From Candidatus Portnoybacteria bacterium RIFCSPHIGHO2_02_FULL_39_12 (GTDB lineage: Bacteria > Patescibacteriota > Minisyncoccia > Portnoybacterales > UBA2143), in the NCBI GenBank assembly GCA_001819555.1, contig MHMZ01000012.1, positions 1-55,607 on the forward strand: 55,607 nt of DNA, written 5' to 3'. Below, piece by piece: positions 43,331 through 50,146 of this stretch; position 1 is the stretch's first letter, and each line of letters begins with the position of its first letter. Both the position numbers and the translations under genes were made by a program. The notes under the pieces are model-generated. The model was given only the letters and a program-made list of their open reading frames with translations. It searched no databases and was not told the origin of the DNA.

Positions 43331-43948
43331 GTGATATTCTGTTTTTCAGTGAACAGCGAACAGCGAACAGCGAACAATTTAGAGATTATCACAGAAAGGG
43401 CGGAGGAAACAAAAAAATTAGGGAGAATTTTAGCCAAAGAATTACTAAAGGGAAATTCCAAAAGAAAAAAAGCAGTGGTGATTGGATTGGAAGGCGAATT
43501 AGGCAGCGGCAAGACCGCTTTTGTTCAGGGAATGGCTAAGGGCTTTGGCATTAAACAAAGAATCACCAGCCCGACTTTTGTTATTATGAAAAGATACGGA
43601 GTCCATTTTTTAGGACAAGACAAAAAGTCTCTGCCTAAAGGCAGGTCTCCTGTTTTTTTCTACCATTTAGATTGTTATAGAATAACTGAACCAAAAGATT
43701 TATTAGATTTAGATTTTAAAGAAATTATTAATAATTCTCAAAATATTGTGGCGATTGAGTGGGCGGAGCGAGTAAGAAAAATTCTGCCTGAAAATAGTTT
43801 ATGGATAAAATTTGAACATTTAACGGAGGAAAAAAGGAGGTTGATAATTCCAAGACCAGACCTTTTAGGAGCCTCGCTCCTAAAGAATTTAGGAGCGAGG
43901 CTCCTAAACGCAGTAAAAAGATCTGACCCTGGGACTGCGTCCTTATGA
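43331..43948 (+). CDS. tsaE: tRNA t6A37 biosynthesis protein TsaE (ATPase), with repeat-derived extensions
   Basis: P-loop GLEGELGSGKT and the SPTFVIM and HLDCYR motifs. The N-terminal codons run through a (GAACAGC)n tract, so the start is uncertain. The C-terminal ~30 aa are encoded by palindrome C. Confidence 0.8.
   Translation: MIFCFSVNSEQRTANNLEIITERAEETKKLGRILAKELLKGNSKRKKAVVIGLEGELGSGKTAFVQGMAKGFGIKQRITSPTFVIMKRYGVHFLGQDKKSLPKGRSPVFFYHLDCYRITEPKDLLDLDFKEIINNSQNIVAIEWAERVRKILPENSLWIKFEHLTEEKRRLIIPRPDLLGASLLKNLGARLLNAVKRSDPGTASL
43351..43376. repeat. Tandem heptanucleotide repeat (GAACAGC) x ~3.7
   Basis: GAACAGCGAACAGCGAACAGCGAACA at the 5' end of the tsaE ORF. Confidence 0.9.
43863..43910. 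repeat. Palindromic repeat, family C copy, translated as the C-terminus of TsaE
   Basis: TTTTAGGAGCCTCGCTCCTAAA GAA TTTAGGAGCGAGGCTCCTAAA. Translated as LLGASLLKNLGARLLN. Confidence 0.88.
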
Positions 43949-44814
43949 AAACATTAGTCCTAATTGACGGCAATGCCCTGCTTCATCGGGCTTACCATGC
44001 TTTACCGCCCTTAAAAACAAAAAAAGGCGAATTAGTCAATGCGGTTTATGGATTTTTCAGCGTGCTTTTGAAGTTTTTAAAAGAATTAAAGCCGGATTAT
44101 TCAGCCGTTGCTTTTGATGTGGCTGGGCCGACTTTTCGGGATTTAGAGTATAAAGAATATAAGGCTAAGCGAAAGAAGCCGCCTCAAGAGCTATATGACC
44201 AAATTCCCCGCATCAAAGAAATAGTTAAGGCCTTTAATATCCCTATTTATGAAAAGCAGGGCTTTGAAGCAGATGATATTATTGGCACGATTATTCAGAA
44301 GACCCAAGACCGAAGACCGAAGACCGAAATAATTGTGGTGACAGGTGATTTAGACGCCCTTCAGTTAGTTAATGATAAGACAAAAATTTATATTCTTAGA
44401 AAGGGGATTAAGGATACTGCTATTTATGATAAAAAAGCAATAGTTGAACGTTATGGGTTAGAACCAAAACAAATTATTGATTTCAAGGGGTTAAAGGGCG
44501 ATCCTTCCGATAATATCCCGGGCGTGCCTGGGATTGGCGAGAAAACAGCTATTGAACTGCTCAAGAGATTCAAGAGCTTGGAAAATCTTTATAAAAAAAT
44601 TGACCAGGAGGAAATAGACCCGAAGCTCAAAGCCAGATTATTAGAATACAAAGAGCAGGCTTTTTTTAGTCAATACTTAGCCACCATTAAAAAAGACGCG
44701 CCGATTGATTTTGATTTGGTAAAATGCCAATGGAAAAAGTTTGATAAAAAGACAATCATTGAATTATTTGAGGACTTAGATTTCAAGAGCTTAATAAAAC
44801 GGCTGCCCGAGTAA
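43945..44814 (+). CDS. Stand-alone 5'-3' exonuclease (Pol I N-terminal / FEN-like domain)
   Basis: 289 aa with LIDGNALLHRAYHAL, GFEADDIIGT, DLDALQL and GVPGIGEKTA (H3TH). It has no polymerase domain. Confidence 0.88.
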   Translation: MKTLVLIDGNALLHRAYHALPPLKTKKGELVNAVYGFFSVLLKFLKELKPDYSAVAFDVAGPTFRDLEYKEYKAKRKKPPQELYDQIPRIKEIVKAFNIPIYEKQGFEADDIIGTIIQKTQDRRPKTEIIVVTGDLDALQLVNDKTKIYILRKGIKDTAIYDKKAIVERYGLEPKQIIDFKGLKGDPSDNIPGVPGIGEKTAIELLKRFKSLENLYKKIDQEEIDPKLKARLLEYKEQAFFSQYLATIKKDAPIDFDLVKCQWKKFDKKTIIELFEDLDFKSLIKRLPE

Positions 44815-44862
44815 GCAGGATAAGTAAATTAAGTAGGATAAGTAAATTAAGCTTATCTTGCT
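44814..44862. repeat. Palindromic repeat, family F copy
   Basis: AGCAGGATAAGTAAATTAAGTAGGATAAGTAAATTAAGCTTATCTTGCT. Confidence 0.75.
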
Positions 44863-44882
44863 AAATCATTGACGGATATCGA

Positions 44883-45902
44883 ATGTCTAAAAAATTAGTT
44901 TTTATTATTATTTTAGCCAGTGCTTTAGGAGTGATTTTTATCTGGCAATTTGGCAGCCGAACTATTGAAGTGGTTAATAATACTCAAGACGAAAAACAAG
45001 ACATAGACTATAAGACGAGTCTGATTAACGGACTGTCTTGTCAAAATTATTCCCGTCGGCCCATAGCCGTTGTTTTGGCTGAAGATCCGGCTACCCGGCC
45101 CTTGGCCGGCTTATCAGAAGCGGATTTGGTTTTTGAGATGCCGGTCATTACCGGAAGTATTACCAGAATGCTCGCTGTCTATGTCTGCGGCGCGCCTAAA
45201 GAAATCGGCTCTTTAAGGAGCGCCCGACATGATTTTATCCCCTTGGCTATGGGTCTGGACGCTGTTTTAGCTCATTGGGGCGGCTCGCATTTTGCTTTGG
45301 ATAAATTAAACGCCGGAGTAATGGATAATATTGACGCCTTAATCAATCCCTATAATACCTTTTACCAAAAAAGAGAAATCCCCCAGCCCCATAATGGATT
45401 TACTTCTATGGAGCGATTGCTCAACAGCGCCGAAAAATTGGGTTATAGGATGGAAGGAGAGTTTGAAGGTTATCCGCATATTCAGCGAACAGAGAACAGC
45501 GAACAACGAACAGTAAAAGTTTTAGAAATTGGTTATTCTTACCCTTATAATATTAAATATCAATATAACCCGGAAACTAATTCTTATTTGCGCTGGCGAA
45601 CTAATAAGCCGGAAATAGATAAAAACAACAGCCAACAGATTGAGGTAAAAAATATTGTGGTGATGCGGGCTTTTTCGCGCCAGATTGAGGGTCCCGACTA
45701 CAATGATTTGGATATAGAGGGTTCGGGTCAATGTCAGGTTTATCAGAATGGGGAGGTTATTCCCTGTACTTGGCGGAAAAATAAAAACAACTCTAAAAGC
45801 AAACTCTATTTTTTAGACGAAAACAGCCAAGAAATTAAATTTGTCCCGGGCCAAATTTGGATTGAGATTGTTGAGCCGGGGCAAGATGTAAGTTGGAAGT
45901 AA
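44883..45902 (+). CDS. DUF3048-family secreted protein
   Basis: 339 aa with an N-terminal TM/signal segment. RPIAVVLAEDPATRPLAGLSEADLVFEMPV..ITRMLAVY matches the DUF3048 core. Contains an imperfect (GAACAGC)n tract at 45483-45513. Confidence 0.75.
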   Translation: MSKKLVFIIILASALGVIFIWQFGSRTIEVVNNTQDEKQDIDYKTSLINGLSCQNYSRRPIAVVLAEDPATRPLAGLSEADLVFEMPVITGSITRMLAVYVCGAPKEIGSLRSARHDFIPLAMGLDAVLAHWGGSHFALDKLNAGVMDNIDALINPYNTFYQKREIPQPHNGFTSMERLLNSAEKLGYRMEGEFEGYPHIQRTENSEQRTVKVLEIGYSYPYNIKYQYNPETNSYLRWRTNKPEIDKNNSQQIEVKNIVVMRAFSRQIEGPDYNDLDIEGSGQCQVYQNGEVIPCTWRKNKNNSKSKLYFLDENSQEIKFVPGQIWIEIVEPGQDVSWK

Positions 45903-45909
45903 GATTACT

Positions 45910-46833
45910 ATGCTTATTCTTCTTTACGGCCAAGACACTTACCGATCTCGGCAAAAATTAAATGAGATTATTGAGCAGTATAAAAAAATCCATCAAAGCG
46001 GATTGAATTTGATTTGGCAAAAAGAAAACTTAAATTTTGAAAAAATTAGAGAAGCAATTGAGTCGGTTTCAATGTTCAACGAAAAAAAATTAATAATCTT
46101 GGAAGATATTTTCCAGAACAATGATTTTCAGGAGAAATTTTTTGAATATGCCAAAAAAAGCAAATTAAAAGAGAATAAAGATATTATCGCGGTCTTATAT
46201 GAAAAATACCGGATGCCAGAGACAAAATATAAAATACTGACATCTATGTTTCAGGAATTTAAACCCTTAGCAGGTTTTAATTTAGTCAATTGGATTGAAA
46301 AAGAAATTAAAAACCAGTCAGGACAGATTGATAAATCAACGGCTCAAAAATTGGCTTTTTATCTCGGCAATGACCTTTGGCAAATGAACCGGGAAATAAC
46401 CAAGTTAATTCATTATCAGCCAAAGATTACTTCAGAGAGTATTGATTTATTGGTTAAGCCCAAGATTGAGCCAAATATTTTTCAAGCCATTGACGCCTTG
46501 GGGGAAAAGAATAAAAAAACAGCTCTCAAGCTTTTATATCAGCATCTGGAAAAAGGCGACAATGAAATCTATTTATTGACCATGCTCGCCTATCAGTTTC
46601 GCAATTTAATCAAATTAAAAAGTTTAATTGAGCAAAATACGCCTTATTATAATTTGGCCAAAAAAGCCAAGCTCCATCCTTTCGTCGTCAAAAAAACTTC
46701 AGCCCAATTGAAAAACTTCAGCTTAAACGAGCTCAAAAAGATTTACCAAAAATTATTAGAAATAGAAGTAGGCATCAAAAAAGGCCGCTTGGAGCCAAAG
46801 GCGGCCTTGGATTTGTTAGTGGGAGAGCTCTAG
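45910..46833 (+). CDS. holA: DNA polymerase III delta subunit
   Basis: 307 aa with an N-terminal LLYGQDTY motif. Its length and helical C-terminal domain are typical of HolA. Confidence 0.75.
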   Translation: MLILLYGQDTYRSRQKLNEIIEQYKKIHQSGLNLIWQKENLNFEKIREAIESVSMFNEKKLIILEDIFQNNDFQEKFFEYAKKSKLKENKDIIAVLYEKYRMPETKYKILTSMFQEFKPLAGFNLVNWIEKEIKNQSGQIDKSTAQKLAFYLGNDLWQMNREITKLIHYQPKITSESIDLLVKPKIEPNIFQAIDALGEKNKKTALKLLYQHLEKGDNEIYLLTMLAYQFRNLIKLKSLIEQNTPYYNLAKKAKLHPFVVKKTSAQLKNFSLNELKKIYQKLLEIEVGIKKGRLEPKAALDLLVGEL

Positions 46834-46834
46834 A

Positions 46835-47179
46835 TTATTTTACTGCCTCAACAATTTTTTTAAAAACCTCCGGCTGATTAGCGGCTAAATCAGCTAATAT
46901 TTTTCGGTCCAGTTCAATTTGGGCTTTTTTTAATTTATTGATAAATTGGCTGTAAGTTAAGCCATTGGCGCGGCAGGCCGCGTTAATTCTTATTTGAAAA
47001 AGACGGCGAAATTCCCGCTTTTTTCTTTTGCGGTCTTTATAGGCGTGGGACCAAGCGTGCACTAAAGCGTCTTTGGCCAGGCGGTATTTTGATTTCCGGC
47101 CCCATTTAAAACCCTTGGCATATTTAAGCAAGTGCTTCCGGCGTTTATGGGCTATTTTGTGGCGTTTAATTCGAGGCAT
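46835..47179 (-). CDS. rplT: 50S ribosomal protein L20
   Basis: 114 aa starting [28 protein letters not shown]. Confidence 0.95.
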   Translation of the reverse strand: MPRIKRHKIAHKRRKHLLKYAKGFKWGRKSKYRLAKDALVHAWSHAYKDRKRKKREFRRLFQIRINAACRANGLTYSQFINKLKKAQIELDRKILADLAANQPEVFKKIVEAVK

Positions 47180-47187
47180 AGCACTAA

Positions 47188-47361
47188 GAGGTCATTTCAA
47201 AACTCAATCTGCTGCAATTTTAGATTTTCGGCTGCGACTGCGTCAGGCTTCGCAAAAATACTTTCATCATAATTATATTATGATTCAAGTATTTTTGCTC
47301 GCCTTCCTTGTCTCGCTCGAAAATCTAAAATTTCGCGACGAAGGAGTTTTGAAATGACCTC
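47188..47361. repeat. ~174-bp long imperfect palindrome inserted between rpmI and rplT
   Basis: The outer arms GAGGTCATTTCAAAACTC (47188-47205) and GAGTTTTGAAATGACCTC (47344-47361) are perfect. Inner arms include TTTTAGATTTTCG / CGAAAATCTAAAA and GCAAAAATACTT / AAGTATTTTTGC. Confidence 0.85.
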
Positions 47362-47440
47362 AAAGAAATTAGAATTATGAATTAAGAATAAAGAATGGGA
47401 ATATAGAATACTGAATTTAGAATAAAAAATAAATTCTATA

Positions 47441-47508
47441 TTCTAAATTCTTGATTCCCATTCTAAATTCTTGATTCCCATTCTAAATTCCAAATTCTAA
47501 ATTCTAAC
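47441..47508. repeat. Tandem 20-bp duplication (TTCTAAATTCTTGATTCCCA x2) plus a degenerate ATTCTAAATTCCAAATTC tail
   Basis: Perfect 20-mers at 47441-47460 and 47461-47480. The repeat abuts the rpmI stop codon. Confidence 0.85.
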
Positions 47509-47698
47509 TATACGGCAACATTCGCCGGATTTTTTTCCCGCTTATCCGCTGAAGTTTTTTTGTTTTGCGCTTGCGTCGGGTTTTTTGACCCGATTCCTTG
47601 GCGTTAAAATGGTTCTGATGGACAGGGCGCCGTAAAAATTTTTGTCTGCCGGTAATTTTAATTCTTTTTAAGACAGATTTTCTGGTTTTGAGTTTCAT
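47504..47698 (-). CDS. rpmI: 50S ribosomal protein L35
   Basis: 64 aa starting MKLKTRKSVLKRIKITGRQKFLRR. Overlaps infC by 4 bp. Confidence 0.93.
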   Translation of the reverse strand: MKLKTRKSVLKRIKITGRQKFLRRPVHQNHFNAKESGQKTRRKRKTKKLQRISGKKIRRMLPYS

Positions 47699-48207
47699 TG
47701 TTTTGCTATGATAACATTAAATCCCCGGCCTTCTCTTTTTATTTCTCGCTCAATAAAGACCTCAACAGGAATCAATTGAATGAATTCTTGTAGTTTTTCT
47801 TTGGCTAAATTTTGGAATTGGAAGCTTTTTTCCCGTCCCTTTAAAACGATTTCTATTCTGATTTTATTTCCTTTCTGAAGAAATTTTTCCGTTTGTTTGG
47901 CTTTGGTTTCCAAATCATGCCGGCTAATGCGAAGACTGATTCTTATTCCCTTAACTTCTGTTATTTTCTGTTTGGTTTTTTGCCCTTTTCCCTGTCTGGA
48001 TTTTTGATATTGATATTTCCCAAAATCAATAATTCGGCAAACAGGCGGTTGGGCTAAAGGAGCTATTTCAACTAAGTCCAAACCTCGTTCTTTGGCTATT
48101 TCAAGGGCCTGATAGGTTTCCACAATACCTAAATTCAGGCCTTTTTCGTCTATTAGCCGTATGGGACTTATCCTTATTTGATTGTTGACTCGTGGTTGTT
48201 TTATAAT
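47695..48207 (-). CDS. infC: Translation initiation factor IF-3
   Basis: Core sequence NNQIRISPIRLIDEKG...CRIIDFGKYQY...KGIRISLRISRHDL. The ORF is open up to a TTG at 48270, but conservation begins near an ATT at 48207-48205, and IF-3 genes classically use AUU-type starts. The start is uncertain. Confidence 0.85.
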   Translation of the reverse strand: MIKQPRVNNQIRISPIRLIDEKGLNLGIVETYQALEIAKERGLDLVEIAPLAQPPVCRIIDFGKYQYQKSRQGKGQKTKQKITEVKGIRISLRISRHDLETKAKQTEKFLQKGNKIRIEIVLKGREKSFQFQNLAKEKLQEFIQLIPVEVFIEREIKREGRGFNVIIAKQ

Positions 48208-48405
48208 GGCTATTTTAGAGTGGTCTATACTCAAAATAGTTCGGACGCACTTCGCCGCCGCAGGCGGCAAGGTATGCCCCCCGCGAAATTCCGAAATCGC
48301 GGCTCCGCCGCGCCGATGACAATTTTCACCCTATGGGTGATCTCCCGAAGGGATGACAAGTTTTTCTTTGACGACAAATTATTAAAAAATCTTATGACAA
48401 AAAAC

Positions 48406-49065
48406 TTATTTCGTTACCTTAGCAACTCGCACAAATTCTCTGACTTTGTCTATATCTTTTTCATGACTTCCAGCTTTATCAGTTTTAGTTTTAGAGTCCA
48501 CACCAAATGGTCTGACTTTCAAGATAGCTTTCGCTATATTGTTCGGTCCAAGCCCACCGGCAAGAATAACGGGAATAGAAACGGATTCAACGATTTTCTT
48601 GCTTACACTCCAATTATGCGTTTCTCCAGTTGCTCCCACTTGGGTATCGCCCTTCTTTTGAGTATCGAGAAGCAAGTAATCAGCAACTCCATCATATTGC
48701 TTCGCCAACTCTACACTTCTTTCATCTCTTACTGGAATGCTTCGCATAACCTTGAGTTTAGGAAATTGTTTTTTCAAAGTTCGTACATCAGCTGGCAAGA
48801 GAAATTCGGGGGCCGTACCCAAATGCAAAATGTCGGGATTAGTTTTATTCACAGTTTCAATTATGTCTTCTAAATTTTTTGAAAGCGACAACACTACCTT
48901 CTTTGCCGGAGTTGCTACGCCTTGCAAAATTTCTTTTGCTTGTTCTGGACTAAATTCCCGGGGATACTCGCCTTTACCAACTAGCACACCAATGTGGTCT
49001 ACACCAACTTCGACAAGATTTTTAGCCTCATCAAAATTTTGTGCTTCATAGATTTGAGTAATCAT
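48406..49065 (-). CDS. Phosphoribosylanthranilate isomerase (TrpF)-like TIM-barrel protein
   Basis: 219 aa. The C-terminal IPVILAGGLGPNNIAKAILKVRPFGVDSKTKTD resembles the TrpF LAGGL...GVDVSSGVE phosphate-binding end. No other trp genes are present in the window. Confidence 0.55.
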   Translation of the reverse strand: MITQIYEAQNFDEAKNLVEVGVDHIGVLVGKGEYPREFSPEQAKEILQGVATPAKKVVLSLSKNLEDIIETVNKTNPDILHLGTAPEFLLPADVRTLKKQFPKLKVMRSIPVRDERSVELAKQYDGVADYLLLDTQKKGDTQVGATGETHNWSVSKKIVESVSIPVILAGGLGPNNIAKAILKVRPFGVDSKTKTDKAGSHEKDIDKVREFVRVAKVTK

Positions 49066-49198
49066 AAAAAATAAAATTGATTAAAAAATTTTTTTCCCCC
49101 AAAAGCAGAATCGCCAACTGATTTTTTCGCCCAAAATTCAATACGAATTGGCCGCCGAGCGAAGCGAGGCGACTACCTATTGTTTGCAATTTCCTAAA

Positions 49199-49590
49199 TG
49201 GTGGAGATGGCGAGAGTTGAACTCGCGTGTAGAAAACCCTTCTAAAATAATTCTACAAGCTTAGCTTGATTTATGATGAGAATTAAAAATTTAAAATCAA
49301 GCAAAATATTCTTAATTCTTGTCTTGTATTTTTTCAATAATTTATTCAAGACGGCTAAATTATCTATCTCGATAATTTGACACCCAAACTAACTTATCGA
49401 GAGTCAGTTAGCCGGATGGCCTACGGATTTAAACGTAGGCAGGAATTAAGCTTGGAACGTTAAAGATTGAAGCAATAGCGCTCTTAGCTTTGGAAAATAA
49501 GTTTGCACTTATATTTTGCCAAAAGTTTAGCGAGATTTTGAGCTCGGCTTGCTTATTTTAAAAACGCTTCTATCGAAACCCGGCATCCCC
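49199..49590 (-). ncRNA. ssrA: tmRNA (SsrA)
   Basis: On the minus strand the 5' end is GGGGATGCCGGGTTTCGATAGAAGCG and the 3' end is GCGAGTTCAACTCTCGCCATCTCCACCA (T-arm plus acceptor with CCA). It is adjacent to smpB. The predicted tag ORF at 49506-49429 starts at AAGU-GCA-AAC and ends at a UAA in a hairpin loop. Confidence 0.88.
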
Positions 49591-49597
49591 ATTATGA

Positions 49598-49659
49598 ATA
49601 AGTAAAATAAGTAAATTAAGTAAAATAAGTAGATTAAGCTTAATTTACTTATTTTACTT
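49598..49659. repeat. Palindromic repeat, family F copy, between ssrA and smpB
   Basis: AAGTAAAATAAGTAGATTAAGC / GCTTAATTTACTTATTTTACTT. The right arm encodes the last codons and the stop of smpB (KVK*). Confidence 0.8.
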
Positions 49660-50095
49660 TCAAAGCCCTTTCCATCTTTCGCTCTGCTTCTCTTTTTTTA
49701 ATCTTTTCCCGTTTATCTATTTTTCTTTTCCCTTTGCCAACGGCAAACTCCAGCTTGACCATTCCTCGCTTAGTATAAACCCGCAGGGGCGCTAAAGTCA
49801 ACCCTTTTTGTTTGATTCGGCCAATCAGAGTTTTTATTTCTTGTTTATTAAGGAGCAGTTTTCTCAAGCGATTTGGCTCATAATCAGCCGGCGTGTTTTT
49901 TGGCTGATAAGGAGAGATATGGGCATTGATTAAAAACGCTTCATTATTTTTAATGGCGACATAAGTCCCTTTAAGGCTAAGATGTCCGGTTTTGACCGCT
50001 TTAACCTCATAGCCGGCCAAAACTATGCCCGCTTCATAGGTTTCTAAAATTTCATAATCGTATTTGGCCCGGGGATTAACCGCTAAGGTAGGCAT
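49649..50095 (-). CDS. smpB: SsrA-binding protein SmpB
   Basis: 148 aa with KAKYDYEILETYEAGIVL.G.EVK, NAHISPY and RKLLLNKQEI motifs. Confidence 0.93.
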   Translation of the reverse strand: MPTLAVNPRAKYDYEILETYEAGIVLAGYEVKAVKTGHLSLKGTYVAIKNNEAFLINAHISPYQPKNTPADYEPNRLRKLLLNKQEIKTLIGRIKQKGLTLAPLRVYTKRGMVKLEFAVGKGKRKIDKREKIKKREAERKMERALKVK

Positions 50096-50146
50096 ATTTT
50101 AAGTTTAGCACTAAAGAAAGTATTGAGTAAATGCGAAGAATAAGAT

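Noticed and set aside
43303-43539. ORFs 43303-43512 (-) and 43312-43539 (+), which overlap the tsaE 5' region.
   Set aside because: They are alternative frames of the tsaE start region and the heptamer repeat. They have no motifs, whereas the 43331 frame carries the TsaE P-loop.
47441-47508. Tandem direct repeats that might suggest a CRISPR array.
   Set aside because: The 20-bp units are directly adjacent with no spacers, there are only two perfect copies, the sequence is AT-rich low complexity, and no cas genes are nearby.
48178-48873. 231-aa plus-strand ORF.
   Set aside because: It lies antisense to the well-supported infC and TrpF-like genes. Its composition is low-complexity (F, S, I, R-rich) with no motifs, which is typical of a shadow ORF.
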